64,000 nucleotides of DNA, taken from positions 43,276,001 through 43,340,000 of the forward strand of contig OX638159.1 of the NCBI GenBank assembly GCA_951804945.1, in the 5' to 3' direction. The number at the start of each line of letters is the position of its first letter. Within the stretch, counting starts at the first letter, position 1. The DNA comes from Podarcis cretensis. Lineage: Eukaryota. Under the pieces are notes generated by a model that saw only the letters and a program-made list of their open reading frames with translations, was not told where the DNA came from and made no database searches. Of this stretch, positions 49,286 through 62,821 are shown piece by piece. Position numbers and translations under genes: made by a program.

Positions 49286-49474
49286 CTGTGCTTTTCTTTC
49301 ACAAAGTTTGTACACCGTTTCCAAATTAGAATCATTGTGAAGTGGGTGAGAATACATCCTGTGCTCAAAAGCTTCTATTTTTTGGATTACTTTCTTCAGA
49401 CCTGGATCTTTAATGCCCATGTCATCAATAGGATCCAGCAAAGGAACACCATCAGGGAACCGTTTCTGCACTTC
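49286..49474 (-). CDS. MTREX: MTREX exon 21
   Basis: EVQKRFPDGVPLLDPIDDMGIKDPGLKKVIQKIEAFEHRMYSHPLHNDSNLETVYKLCERKAQ. 189 nt. Confidence 0.95.
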
Positions 49475-49589
49475 CTTAAAAGAAAAGACAGATAAAAGCA
49501 AATGTTAGTATCTGATGCTTTTTTTTTTAAGTGTTTAAAAGTATGATCTCTATTGCATCGTGGCAAAAAGAAGATGTTTTCAGATCTCT

Positions 49590-49770
49590 GAGAGTTGATA
49601 TCATGTATTGGTTAACAGACTGGGCTACAAATAATGAACGATCAAGTTTGAGTCTCACCTGTGCCATGAACTTCGCAGTGGCCTTAGGTATCTGATATGG
49701 GCAATAGCAACACTGACTTATCTCACAATAAGGATAACAACTAGATCATGAATGTGAAGTACTTTGTTTT
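49590..49770 (+). mobile_element. Old CORE/MIR-like SINE in MTREX intron 20
   Basis: TGGTTAA..ACTGGGCT..AAGTTTGAGTCTCACCTGTGCCATGAAC..GGCCTTAGG..AATAGCAACACTGACTTATCTCAC..GGATAAC..TGTGAAGTACTTTG. Confidence 0.45.
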
Positions 49771-49816
49771 TGGAAAAGAAGTTCTATGCACTTTCAGCTT
49801 TTCAAAGTTATAGTAC

Positions 49817-49927
49817 CTGTATTGACTTTAGTACGCTCTGCCTGTTATCAAGAGGCCTCAGGTCTTTGGGTATATATAGGCGAACACTGCTGATTGCTGA
49901 CAGAAGATGCACCAAAACAGGAACAAC
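49817..49927 (-). CDS. MTREX: MTREX exon 20
   Basis: VVPVLVHLLSAISSVRLYIPKDLRPLDNRQSVLKSIQ. 111 nt, AG/GT. Confidence 0.95.
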
Positions 49928-51750
49928 CTATTGAAACATATGGTGATGGATGAACTAAAAATGCACATTAATCTGTGATTGCTAAGCAGTTATATTGTTT
50001 TGTGCACAGCATACATTGAGCATAGCCTAGACTTCTCTTACTTAATACACGTAGAGTTTTCAGAGATCATACTACACATGTGTATTTAAATGGTGCCTAT
50101 TGCATGTGTTAAGAACTACAGCATTCATTTGAGCATTGATTTCCTACATAGTGTGTTCAATTGGCTTCACAAGTAGTTTTCCTGAAGAGGGGAGGGGGAG
50201 AGGCAAGCTCCAAAAATAATAAATTCTATTTTAAGATATATTGGAAAATGATGACATCTAAATGATGATTTTATATTTACAGCTCTGCCTGACAAGAGAA
50301 CGTCTCCTACTGACCCAAATGGAGTCACTACAATTATCTTCTAAACAATGCTCAGTGACAGAATGTGCCCAGCTTGGGGCCAACTGCAATAGTTTCATTA
50401 TGGCAAAGGCACTTTTTTCTTCTTCTTAAAGTCCACAAAATAAATTGTCAACTCTGTGTTGGAATGAAGTGAAGGGAAAATGTCTTTAATGTTTAATGGC
50501 TGCATGAAAAAGGGAACTTTTCTCCTGTCAAGCCAACAAATAGTTTAACAGGCTCTCAGAGCCCGCCTAAAAATAAAAAATAAAAGTCAACAGAATATTA
50601 AGGGGCAGATCTTGGGATTTACCATTGAAGCCTGCTATAAGCTTGAATAATCTTTTTTTTTTTTCAGGGCAGGGGGAGATGGGGGTTGAAGTAGCTTTGC
50701 TTTAGCTGAAGAGTTCTAAATCACTGTTATGCATCCTCTGTTCTATGTAAACTCACTGTTATGCTGTCAGAGAATGGTTAAGGCACAGAAAAAGGAAGGA
50801 AGACAAGCTATGGATGTAAAATAATCCATCTAACTACCTAATAGTTCATGCAATATTTCTAAGTCTTGGGATAAAATACACAGACTATAAATTATAGGCC
50901 ATTTCCCAATTTTTATGAATCACTTGTGAATATAGCTATGTACATTTGAAAGTTAACCCTAAATGATGGGGGGGGATTAATAAATGAAAATGCAACAGTT
51001 TTTCATTCCATCTTGGCTAAATGTATTATTAGCCAGGCAAGGAATTGCATATAAGATAGGGGGGGGGGAACTGTTGTTTTTTTTTAAAAAAAACCCCAAA
51101 CAAAAACCAATGCATTACATTGCAGAATTGTATGATCAACTAAAATCTAGTTACCAACTGCCTCTTGGAGGGTTGGGGGACTGAATTTGGAATCAGAAGA
51201 TTCTGTCAACACTTTTGTGCCATTTTATAGCATTGTTTTAACGTCTGCTACTTACTGCACATGGCCTTGGGCCGTTCTTTAGAAAGACGGCTGGGATATT
51301 TTCAGAGCAACCTGAGCAGCTCAACCCTCATGGATAATAGCTGGGTTTATCTTAATCTTTTTCCATTTGGTTGTACACCTATTGCATTTATTGTACACAG
51401 CTGCATTCCTTCCTACTTTTGGGACGACCCTTATAGTTATGTGAATAACCTGATCACCCATCTACCCAGCAGGGAATGCTGCAAGATGCAATTTCATTGA
51501 GTTAGACTTTCACAACCCATAGACCACTGCACCATCTTTTACATCAAAACCACTTCTGTGATTTCCACTGAGAAGCAAACCACTCTTCAGCAAACGTTTG
51601 AGTCCACACTTATCCCCAGGCAGTGACATGGGACCTACTTGTTATTATCAATGTATGTCTATCGTTCTTCCATACTTAGGGTTGCCATATTTCAGATAGT
51701 GAAAAGCCATACAATTGTTGTTTTAATTACTTTAGGGGGGGGAATCTCAC

Positions 51751-51879
51751 CTGCATCTCCCCTTTTTCATCGGGTTTTGCTGGTTTTGCAGCTTCAGTTG
51801 CAGAATTTTTTAAGCTTTCTTTGCTACAGTGCAGGAGGACTTCAGCAACATAGAGTGGGTCCAGCTCACCAGAGTTGGG
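51751..51879 (-). CDS. MTREX: MTREX exon 19
   Basis: PNSGELDPLYVAEVLLHCSKESLKNSATEAAKPAKPDEKGEMQ. 129 nt, GTGAG donor. Confidence 0.95.
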
Positions 51880-52399
51880 CTACAGTGGTAGCAAGAAACC
51901 AAGTTAGTATGAATAAGGAGTTATTCTTTAACACTAGTAAAAGAAGCGTGAGAAACAAGAATGTTTCCATTAGTTAAGTTCTAAATATTCTTTGACTAAT
52001 ATCAAATTATATAGCTCCACATGTTGTTATTCTATATAAACCTGAGAATATTGATATAAATCCACAATAGTTCCTTGGCCGAGGTGGACTATAAGTCTCT
52101 TGATCAAATGAAGTCAATCTTTGCTATGGCAGGTTGTTAAGAATTATTAGCTTTTGTTTGCGAGCCTCTTTCGATCCATAGCTACACAGATCACTCAGTC
52201 TATGGCTCTCTGCCATAATTTGACAGGAAATCTGAAGAGGGTCAAAACTCCAGAAAGCTTGAGGATTATTCAAAATCACAACGGAAGCTCAGTTAGTATA
52301 CTGAAGATCATGAAATGGTCTAAAAGGATACTAGCATAGTTAAAGAACAGAGTCAAAGAAGCTCTTAGAGGCAAGAAGGTTTCCTTCATAAAACGTATA

Positions 52400-52610
52400 A
52401 AAGCTTAATGAATTATTTGCATCTTTCTTCACTGCGGAAATGGAGGGCAAATTATATAACTGCCAAAATGTTTTTTCCAAGAAGGGAATCTGAAGAATTG
52501 AGGATAGCAGTTTGTGATGAGAGCTGAAGTTCTAGAGCCTTATTGACAAACCTAAAACTGACAAATCACCAGGTCTAAATATTACCCATCCAGGAATTTT
52601 TAAATATACA
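52400..52610 (+). mobile_element. CR1 ORF2 internal remnant
   Basis: AATGAATTATTTGCATCTTTCTTCACTG...GACAAATCACCAGGTC..CATCCAGGAATT, a degenerate version of the NxxFASVF...KSPGPDxIHP region of CR1 reverse transcriptase. Confidence 0.5.
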
Positions 52611-54150
52611 AAACTGCTTAACTTCTAACAAAAATTATGGATAAGGAAGGACAAAATCCAGTAAAGTGGATTGTTTTAGCAAACCTAATATGTAGCAATA
52701 TTGCTGCTTCTCCTAAAGTGACCTGAGTTGTAGTTTTGGGCCAGCTATTATTTGTGGTAACTGCTGATTTTTGCTTCCCCGACCCCCAAACTGACTGGCA
52801 TGTGCAGAAGGCTCAAGAGAAGACCTGGCCTCTCTTCCCACACTGATTTTGAGGCACTCATGAACAGTAAGAATCTTTCACAGTATCCTGGAAGACCTCC
52901 TCCTTCCCCCAAGTTCTAATCCTAAGAACTTGAGAGATGGGCAACTGTTGTCTCTCTCAAGTCCCAACCAGCACAGTGTGAAGCCAATTCAGAGTTCTCC
53001 CTGATGCAAAGAAAACTTGGAAGAGGCGGGGTATTTCGCTTTATGCTGGGAGGCAACCAGGGGCAGGTATTTGCTCACCTAGACCACAATTTAGTTGCCA
53101 ATGGCTGCGTTTCAAGTATTTATATATAAAAGGCAGATACAGCAAAAGCCTGTTGGCAAAGGATCAAATCAGAGGGCAAGAAGTGAAACACCTCACCTCA
53201 TCATACGGCATGCTATGGATATTTGCGTCTCACTTCCTTTTGAGAAAAGAAAAGAGGCTTTGCTTGACAGGGGATAGCATGTGAAGAGGACTATCAGAAG
53301 ACACTGGAAGAATTTCACACTGTATCACAGATAGCTTTAAAATGGCCAGTTGTAAATAGAAACACATGATTTGTTCCACTATTAGATTACCCAATAATCA
53401 AAGTATTTATTCATAAAGACAGTTGTGGATAATACCATCCTATTTCGTACAAAAGATATTTACAGCAGCTGTTTTAATTTTGGTTTAAAGAGCTCTGTTT
53501 ACTTGTGTCATCTGAACTGCATTTGAAAATGCAACCCATATGTGGAAAAGAAGCTTTAAGCCAACATGTTAAAACATGTGCTGTTTACTCAAACTTGGAA
53601 CAGGCTCACATATGCATAAAATACTCTAAGGGCACACAAAACAACCAATACTCGGTTACATCATCAGTGCTGGCTGCACTTTAAAACAGGTAGCCAAGTA
53701 TGTCATGCAGAAAACTCCAAAAGGGAGTCTTTTTAAATTCTGCTGGTAACATACAGCGTGCGTTACACAGGAGAAAAGAGAAAGATGCAAGTTAAAATAA
53801 CAATAATACAAAGTTAGCCTGTCACCATTAAAAAAAAAATTCCAAATTATCTGGGTCCCATCAATATCTAAAAAATTAAACAAAACAGCAAGTGAGAGTA
53901 GGCAGCGCTAGGAAACCTGAGGACATTATTCCTATTTTAAATTAACAAAGAGTTTACATGGCATCTAAATATGAAAAGTTGTTCTAATACTGGCAATAAA
54001 AAAAAGCACAGGGAAATACAGGATTCCTTGAGCAGATAGTAGCATATTAGTTATGAACTCTGAAGTGTCATTTTAAAATATGGCTTTTTTTTCCAATCAG
54101 GTATATATTTATCTACCAGTGGAAGAAAAGGCCATCGGATATTGTTTTAC

Positions 54151-54219
54151 CTTCACATTTGATTTCTTGGAGAAGTTCACCACCACGCCCCAGCCAAAGT
54201 CATCATCTTCATTTTTCAC
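54151..54219 (-). CDS. MTREX: MTREX exon 18 (KOW/arch domain)
   Basis: VKNEDDDFGWGVVVNFSKKSNVK. 69 nt. Confidence 0.94.
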
Positions 54220-55391
54220 CTAAAATCAAAATCAAGCTTGTATATAAAGCTGCATCTGAAATAATAATTTATAACATATTCTGACCTTAAGGGAAATTAC
54301 ATCATTTGTAATACAGACGGTTGCAAACAATCACCAAGTGCAGAAGTGAATTTGGAAAGAAAGTTGGTAATTATATTGTTCACTTCAAGGACAGCTGAGA
54401 AATCTGTGAAAATTGCACCCGCCCACCCCTCTCCCCGCTCCATCAGAAGCCCTTCTGTTTGTGGGGTGGCAAATGTGGATCCAAGCCAAGAAAATTAACA
54501 ATCAATAAATGTAACAGCTACATGTGTAAACAGCTGCCAAACAGCAATATGCTGGTCACTCGGGCTGGATTCAAGTAACCAGTCCTGTTAGTGGAAGTCA
54601 GCTACTACAACAGGGCTTTCCCTGTTTCTTTTCTCTGCCCCACAACCCATTTGGCTGTAGAGGGGTAGGATAATCCCACAAATAGTGGGCGGTTGGGTGG
54701 GATCATTTCATTATCACTTCTCAAGATATATCCCATTAATCTCCTATGTAGTGCAATGCCTAGTATTAGAGAGGCAGCGATATGACCCATAATGGAGCTA
54801 GCTGTGCATGGGTGAAGGTATTTCTATATAAACAAGACTAGAATTGACTTTTCCAATTTCAGGGGGGAAATGACGAACTAAGATTTATAAATAATATTTT
54901 TTTCCTAATCATGCTAAATGTCCCGAAACAAACAGATAAAGCAAGTACCACACATAAAGCAAAACTCTCAGAAACATACTCCTAACAAAAGATACAATTT
55001 ATATGAACGAGGGAAGGGGGAGGAAACTCTAGATAAAACCAAAACAAAACACAAATAAATACAAAATTTACAATGTGAACTTCGGAGATACCTCTTCTTT
55101 CCTGTGGATATTTTTCTCGGTATGTTGATATGTTTTGATATTATTAATAATTTTATTATGTTGCACTGTTTCTGAAATGTTTCATTATATAGTAGTTATT
55201 ACTATTACTTATTGTTAATAAATTTCCTTGTGCATCTCATTAACGGAGTGTTAAGATCCACAGGTGCAAAACCCCAACATTATGATGGCATAGGAGCCTC
55301 GTAGAAGAACTGGATGGTAAAATGCTTGTGTTTCTACTTTAGCAGAATGCACATTACAAAAACATAGAAGTGGGGGAGGGAAACTACTTAC

Positions 55392-55564
55392 TTTTACCAG
55401 CCTCCCTGGCTGTAAAAATGGCAAGCAGTACTTTGGCTTGTGAATGTACTCTTCTATTTCTTTACCCAGTTTAGCCAGCTGTTGTCTGATTTTATAGTAA
55501 ATGACCACATTTTCCTCATTTGGAATTTCAATCTCATTGTACTGCTGTTCCAACTTACTGACCT
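55392..55564 (-). CDS. MTREX: MTREX exon 17
   Basis: (K)VSKLEQQYNEIEIPNEENVVIYYKIRQQLAKLGKEIEEYIHKPKYCLPFLQPGRLVK. 173 nt, phase 1->0. Confidence 0.95.
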
Positions 55565-56951
55565 CTGCAAATAAATATTGTAAAACAAACAGATTATATG
55601 AAGTGCACAATATGGTAGCAAACCATGGGCAAGAGTATTCCTCAAGGAAACGCACTATCCATATGTAGAAGAATCTCTCCCCCCCCCCCCGAGCATCTCG
55701 TTTCCCCTCCATTTCCTTCTTCTTCCTGGCAGGGGCCCAAACACCCCAGGGTGTTACAGGGAATAACCTGGTGCAGTGCCAGCATGGCTTCTGGGGGTGG
55801 GACGGGGACAGTGAAAGAGCATTCTTCTATCCTCTATGAGGCTGCCTCTGGGTGTTGCACCCACGCAGAGAAGGGTACTGGCTTACTATTAAAAATTATT
55901 TTGTTGGAGAATATTCGATGCTCACTTCTAAGGACTTCTTTACAATTTAAGTGCACACTCAATATATGCTAGAAAATATAATACACAAAGTGTGAATGCA
56001 ACAGAATTGTGCCAGCAAACAGATGAACTGTATAGGGACGCTTGTCAGAAAGCTGCATTCGCAGCATTCAGCACTTGGTTTGTTAAAGATTTGAACACCT
56101 GAAACCTTCCTTCAGCTGTACTCAGTGGCTGGGGATCTGGCAAGCAGGCAATGAGTCCTGTATATCCAAGGAGACTTTGGGCTTGTGCTCTTTCAACAAC
56201 AACCTCCTGCCTCCGCCCACTCCAGATGCAAGCTGGCAAATTCCCTTTGAAAGGGAGGTCACTTGCAAAAGCAGCTTATAATCTGGCAAGGGCATCTGTT
56301 ATTAAAAGAAAGTAAGGCAGAAAAATCGATGGAACATTTCCAGGCTTTTAGGATCTGTCAGGGAACTGCCATTGGGGCCAGAGGGAGAGAGGGGGCTCCA
56401 GAGGGATTCCGGAGAGCGTCCCGGGATGGGGAGAAGCAGCCCATCTTCTGGGGAAGGAAATCAGCACAGCACCAGTGGAAAAGGGAGGCAGATGGGGGAA
56501 TTGGCGAGGCGGTCCCATGACTCCTTGCTGGGGACCAGCGGGGAGAGCACGGGTCCTCCGCTGCCCACACCCTCCTTGCGCAGAAGGCTTCCGCGCAGGG
56601 AGAGTAGGCGGAGACTAGGCGTCAAAGAGCTTCTTTGCTGGAAGAAGTACAAGAAACGCCCACTGACGGATTCTGCCAGCAATTGAGACAGCCACGGACG
56701 AGTGGCTGTCCGGACAGAAAAGGTTCACTCAGGCAACCCAGCCAGGTGCGGCGCCGGTTTATGCACGAGCAACCCCTAGAACCATTACAGGATCCTGGCA
56801 ATTGGGGCGAATAATGGTTCTTGTCAACTAATTTCATATTCATTAGTAACAGGTCAACTGGCTCTGTGGCGAATATGGTGCAGGTAAGCCCTCTGAACAG
56901 AAATCGCGGTCGGCAAATTGACGAAACAATTAAGTATTTCACATAACTTAC

Positions 56952-57102
56952 TTTCAACTACTCCTGGAATAGCTCTGTAATGTTGGAATTGGTAAAATGA
57001 TTTCTCTAACATGTATTCCGGGTTAATTTCTTCCACACGCAGCAGATTTAATACCATGTTGTATGTCAAATGGAAAGCACTGTTTAGAGGGTCAGCAGAT
57101 CC
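56952..57102 (-). CDS. MTREX: MTREX exon 16
   Basis: [50 protein letters not shown](K). 151 nt, phase 0->1. Confidence 0.96.
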
Positions 57103-58574
57103 CTAAAAGAGAGAACTAAGATGAGCAAAAGCAGGCAACATTCATGTTTAAAACATTTTATCTTGGGAATACAAATGGAAGCCTGGCATTTCAAATCCCC
57201 AAATTATTCTTTACAGTATGTTCACATGCAATTTATATATTGCAAGAATCATGCAAGTGTTCCAGGATGGTATTTGAAGGTAAGCGTTAGAGAGAGAGAC
57301 AGACAAACCTAGTGGATCTCTGTAACGCTTACCTGGGAATTGGCAGGGAGTGTGTTGCCTATGGAGCAGCCTACCATTCCCAGAAACGGGAGAAATTCAC
57401 GTGCAAAGAAAAGTTACTGGACTAGGGCCTATGGCTGCAGTGTTCCTTTCGCACTTGAGAGATCATGTTAATCCATCTAAGAAAAGCTGAGAAAAGTCTC
57501 ACAAAAAGTAAGAATGTCATCCTAACACATACAAAGAGAAAAACTACATCTGAACTTGAAGTCAGTCTTTCACTTGCATTATTTAATAATGATTCCACTC
57601 TCTTAAAATATCAACTTAAATTTTATATGTATCCAACTAAAAGAACAGAAAGGAACCATTATGAATAATCTGGATAATCTCTAAGGAAATTAAAAAGCAC
57701 AAAATGCAAAGGTTGAATGTATAGCTTCAACTTTAAGTGACTGTATTCATTTTTTTAAGGCGGCGGGGGGGGGGAGACAACAAAATAGAAGAATGTAGGA
57801 TTACGAACCAGGGAAGATTTAAAAAACAAAACAAATTTTAAAACTAACCCACCAATGACAGACGCTTGCTATATTGGTATAAAAAGAAAATTTGAGTAGC
57901 TAGGTTAAAGCTAATTTAGCAGCTATTATAGATTATGAATGGAAAGCTGCTGCCACAAGGAGAAATTGTGAGCTTCTGCTCAGCATTATTTTTACCAAGA
58001 GGCATACTGTAAATGGATCAAGTGTGGAAGAGCTAGCAATATTGGCTCCACCCCCTGACACAGGCAAAGGGCTCTTTAGCCCACTGCTCCTCAGGGTGAT
58101 CAGCAACAGAGGCCTGGGCAAAGCTATTCCCTTACAAACTTCAAACTGCTCCAGGGTACTGAGCTGCTGAAATGGTCTTTTATCATTGCTTGCACTGTCT
58201 TGCACGCAGTAACCTAGTTTGACCTTTCTGTGTTATCTGTAACTTCCCAGTTGTAAGTCTGGTACTGCAGAAATGGTGGTTTCGCATCCTAGTTAAGAAA
58301 CCAAGATTACAGCACAGTTCACACATTTGGAACTAACAGGAAACTGGTTTAAACAAACCATGATAGAAACAATGAACTTAAGCACACAAGGGAAAGAAAG
58401 AGGGGAGAAGATGAGGGCCAATGATAGCTCTCAGCTTAATAATGGTAAAAGTCGTTCTTTTCTTCCTTGAGGGTGAAAGACTTTCCCATTGATGTAGAAT
58501 GAAATACCAATCACTGTCAGCTAGTTATTTCGTAATGCTCGTAATGCTCTAAGAAGGGAGTTTATTTTGAGGCA

Positions 58575-58765
58575 ATTTATTTATTAAATCCCATGTTTCC
58601 TCAAGGCACTCAAGACGTTTACATTGTTCTCTCTTCTGTCTATCCTCACAGCAGGCCTATGACGTACTTTACAATGAGAGTATAGGGTGGCTCAAAGTCA
58701 CCTAGCATCATTGCCAAGCAAGGATATCTGAACGTACATCCCCTCAGTCCTATACTCCAACTATT
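58575..58765 (-). mobile_element. Diverged Squam3-like SINE
   Basis: TTTATTTATT..CTCAAG..TATCCTCACAGCAGGCCTATGA..GGCTCAAAGTCACCTAG..CAGTCCTA. Confidence 0.5.
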
Positions 58766-60024
58766 CAACAAAGTTTGGACCATACGTCAAAGATTTGCTG
58801 GTACTCAACCAAAGACAAAGCTGGTCCAAGACTAAGTCAAGGGTGGCTGTGTTGGGACTGAGGTGGAAGAAGCCTCAAACTTGTGTATTTACTCCTTCCC
58901 TCTGGGGTGGATATGAGTTGGAAATCATTCCAACCTCATAAAACTGTGATAAAACTTCACTATGGTTTGTTTGAAACAAGTCAAGATTAGCCAAGATTAG
59001 CCAAGGCTGAAATATAACACTAAATAGCAGTTAATAAAAAATGGAAGCAAAAGCCTCTCCTCACAATTGTGCTGGGGGCAGGAGAAGCAGGTGACACAAA
59101 GGCTTATTGCAACTTGTTTCTGTCATGATAAACCATGAGGTCTACCGTAAGGACTGAACTGGCCCAAAGTTACCTCAAAACACATGCCCCACCCCCTTTG
59201 TATGGTTGTAGGATGCCAATTACAAAAGGTTATTGCAAATTGCACGAGATGGATAGAATCAGATTGCCAACTGTAGTTTGTGACTTCAAGGAACCTGACA
59301 GTGAAGGAAGAAAAATAAAGACTTGAATTCAGGGCTTTGAGATGTGTTTTATTCAATGTGTGCATACTGCATTACACCTAAAACTGATGACAGCTTCCCA
59401 GGAAGTTTCCCATTTTTGCGCACACTACTTGTTGTTATGGCCTTAATGGCTAAAATAATAAACATTTAACTAACACTTTTACTTTAACATCCTTCCCACC
59501 CAGTTTTGTTTTCTTTTTTTTTAACTGAAAAGCACACCATAAAATACTGCACTATTACCAATTTGGCAAACACAAAGCAGTTGCCAAGGAATTTAATTTG
59601 GGCAATAAAGCAATCTGGCACCTGCAGAGTGGGCAAAGAAAAAGGGGAAATACTAACAGCTCAACATTTTCCAGAGATGGAAAAGCACATCAAGCATAGC
59701 TACGTAGGCTTCAAACTATATGACACAGGGTGGACCAACGACTATCTTGCATGGTATGATTTTTCTTCTTCTTTACAGGAATCCCTGTATTTCACTGCTG
59801 GGCTTTAAATTTTCAGAGGAAGAGTGAATGCTCAGGAACTCCAAACCTCCTCCCCACCGACCATTGAAAATTGCTAGGGAACTTAATTCTGCCTGTTGTT
59901 CAGCAACTGTAACGAACTGTGCTAAAAGCTACAGTGCTTTTTTAAAGACAGATGGAATTCAAATACAGTAAGAAATAAAAGAAGGAATAAAATACAATTA
60001 AAAACGAGTATGAATAGTACACAG

Positions 60025-60205
60025 GGACAGGTGAGAAGAGCCTGCTGGATCAGGCCAATGGGCTATCCAGATCTCACAATGGCCAACCAGGTGCCTGCAG
60101 CAAACCTGCAACCAGGGTCCAAACACAAGAGCACTCTCCCGTCTGTGGCTTCCAGCAACTAGCATTCAGAAGCGTACTGCCTCTGACTGGGGAGGCAGAG
60201 CTTCT
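60025..60205 (-). mobile_element. CR1 LINE 3' end
   Basis: GAAGAGCCTGCTGGATCAGGCCAATGG..CTCACAATGGCCAACCAG..TTCCAGCAACTAGCATTCAGAAGC..TGCCTCTGAC. Confidence 0.7.
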
Positions 60206-61677
60206 GACATGGAGGCAGAGAGGTTATTGCCCCCTCTCCACTCACCACATGGCTGATCTGATGAGCAGACCATTTGGTTTGTCCTCATCATGATGCTGGA
60301 CAATGGTCAAAACCTCTGCACCCTGGTGGGAATGAAAACCACCCACTCCAAACACAGCCAACTCAAGCATCCGATGAGCAGGAAGAGAGTAATGAGAAGG
60401 GCTTGGATACAGGGAAGAAGAAGCCCCAAGAAAACCAGATGCTGGCATAGCCACCCCTCAAGTTCCCTGGCACCACTGCTCATGTGTGCTGCGTTCCAAA
60501 CATTTCCTCCCACTGCAGTCACCTTCTCTATAAGACTTGGAGCCATCATGTGCTTCATCTGCCTCCCAGCCCTAATCCTCAGTGTGGAAGAGGACACATA
60601 AGGACATGTGTGCACTTAAGCAGGCCTACTCAGACGCAAGTTCTCTGGGCACAGTGTTGTCACTGTTCTGAAGCCCAGAACTGCATTTATTACCCACCCT
60701 CCCTCTTTACTTCCAAACTCTTACAGGAACGCCTGGTTATCACCACTACAACACCTAACTGCAGTTTGTGTGGAAGGGAAGGCAGATGCCACCTCTTTCG
60801 GTGCTGTTTCCCAGAAGGTGCAAATGGTAGCAGCTCTAGTAATGCTGGTTCTAGCACCTCAGCCAATTCCACTGTGATTAGCAAAATTGGGGGGGGGGGA
60901 GTGTGGCAGATCCAGCCCACCCTTTGCCACCACTGTTCTAGAAGCACTGAATAACTGCTGTCACTTCTTCTGTCTGAGGTGAACAACACTGCCTGTTGTG
61001 TTTCTTTAGGGGCAACCCTGATTGCAAATAATCGTAAAAATTTGGTAACAAAAACAACCTATAAGATACCATTGTCAGAATGTATGTAATTCTACTAGAT
61101 AGAGGAACTACATACAGATTTAAGGACGTGATACTGTAGTTTCCTGAAATGCAAGTCCGTGATATGCTGCCTGGTAGATTTAAGCCTAATGTAAAATAAG
61201 CCTGCCTGGAACAAACGTTTAAAAATGGGTTTGAATTGAAATTATTCTAGCTGCTGTGCTCTGAGTAGCAAAGCACTGAACATACTGACTGCTGCTGAAC
61301 TGCCCTGGCTATTCATCCATGCCAGGTTCTGGGCTGGCAGGTCACATCCCTTGGCAAACTGAGGTCAGTTAAGTTTTCAAAGCCTGCCCACACATGGAGA
61401 TGCTTGGAAACATATGCGAATGAGCTTGATGCAAAACCAGACAAGCCTGCAATTAAGTCTGTGTGTTCAGCTGATGTTTACACATGGGCTCTACACAGCT
61501 GGACAGATTCCACTGGCAGCAGCTTGAAGGTTTGTGTCTCTGTCTTGTCATAAACACAGAGATCAGGAGACGATTTCCAACAAGAGATTAGCTTTGGGGG
61601 CCAACTGTAAAATATAGGCTCCTCCAGTAAGAAATAGTATGAAGGAAAACTGAATGGGAATGAATACAACAGAGCAG

Positions 61678-61800
61678 CAGGGGTGGCTAACCTGTGGACC
61701 TCCTGATGGTGTGGGACTCCCAACTCCCTCCAGCCACTGCCAGAATAGCCAATAGCAAGGGCGGTGAGATATGTAGTTTCGCAACTGGTTAGTAACCCTG
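61678..61800. mobile_element. Diverged palindromic hAT MITE
   Basis: Ends CAGGGGTGGCTAACC / GGTTAGTAACCCTG, with a GGACTCCCAACTCCC core. Confidence 0.6.
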
Positions 61801-62313
61801 TGTTTGAGAGGTGCTTTTGTCATGAAGTATCCGCAGCGTTCTTCACAAGGGCAGCCAGTTATTTAAGAGGGAGCATCTGGCAGACCGAAGCGTGGGAAGT
61901 GCCACAAGTTGTGAGCCAAAGAGGTCACAGAATCAAGTTCAACTCCCACAGGTTTCAACAGATTAAAAAGACATATGTTCAGGATTCTAGCCTAGGTAAA
62001 TTATATTTCCAAATGAATTGTCATTTTATAAAACTAAGCTGCTACAAATGAAAAGCCTGCAAAAAAAATAAAAAATAAAAAATAAAATAAAATAAAAACA
62101 TTGGGAAGGTTTACCAATTACTGCATGGAGTCAAGGCAGTGTACAGTCATCTGCATGTGTACTAGAGCTCTTCAGGACTGCTCTTCTTACTTGCGTTCCC
62201 TGAAAAATCACTCCTCGAGCTTAGGGGGGACTTTTGGGAGAACTGCTCAATGAGGCACGAGGCACCATGGCCTTCTGAAAAGCAGGATCTCCCACCCTTC
62301 ATGGAAACACTTT

Positions 62314-62341
62314 GCAGGCAGGCAGGCAGGCAGGCAGGCAG
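62314..62341. repeat. (GCAG)n tetranucleotide microsatellite
   Basis: Visible directly in the sequence. Confidence 0.85.
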
Positions 62342-62651
62342 GGGCCTCTTGGGATCCCAGTCTATAAAATGAGCAATTTAGAGATCCAGGCTTTCTTTCA
62401 TTTTGCCAAACTTCTTAGGACTCAAACCTGCATTGCAAATTAAGCTTTCCAGCTGAACTTTCTTGAAACAGTCTGTTAATTGAATGGAAGTAAGATAATA
62501 CTGCTCTGTTTTCCCCAATCTGGAATACATTAGCCACAACTAAGATTAACCATAAAAGTTTGTTGTATTATAGGATAAAGTATTGGCCCTTAATACAGTT
62601 TGCTATCTAAACCAGCATACACATACAACTTGCTCAATTTTACTTAATGTA

Positions 62652-62821
62652 CAGTATTTTTCTGTCTATAAGATGCCCCCCCCAATGTATAAGATACCCC
62701 CTATTTTGGGGACTCCGATTTAAGAAAATGGGGGGAGACGGCCCCCATGTATAAGATGCCCCTAAATATTGGACATTATTTTTGAGGGAAAAAACCTAGT
62801 CTTATACATGGAAAAATACGG
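62652..62821. mobile_element. Tc2/pogo-type MITE (170 bp)
   Basis: TIRs CAGTATTTTTCTGTCTATAAGA / TCTTATACATGGAAAAATACGG with TA TSDs. TATAAGAT(G/A)CCCC occurs three times internally. Same TIR class as 14663-15689. Confidence 0.82.

Noticed and set aside
56263-56957. ORFs of 70-111 aa in the CpG-rich block
   Set aside because: No homology or domain pattern, and overlapping on both strands as expected for GC-rich DNA. Kept only as a regulatory candidate.
60242-60989. Several 100-156 aa ORFs in MTREX intron 15
   Set aside because: No recognisable domains, no consistent splice structure, and mutually overlapping on both strands.
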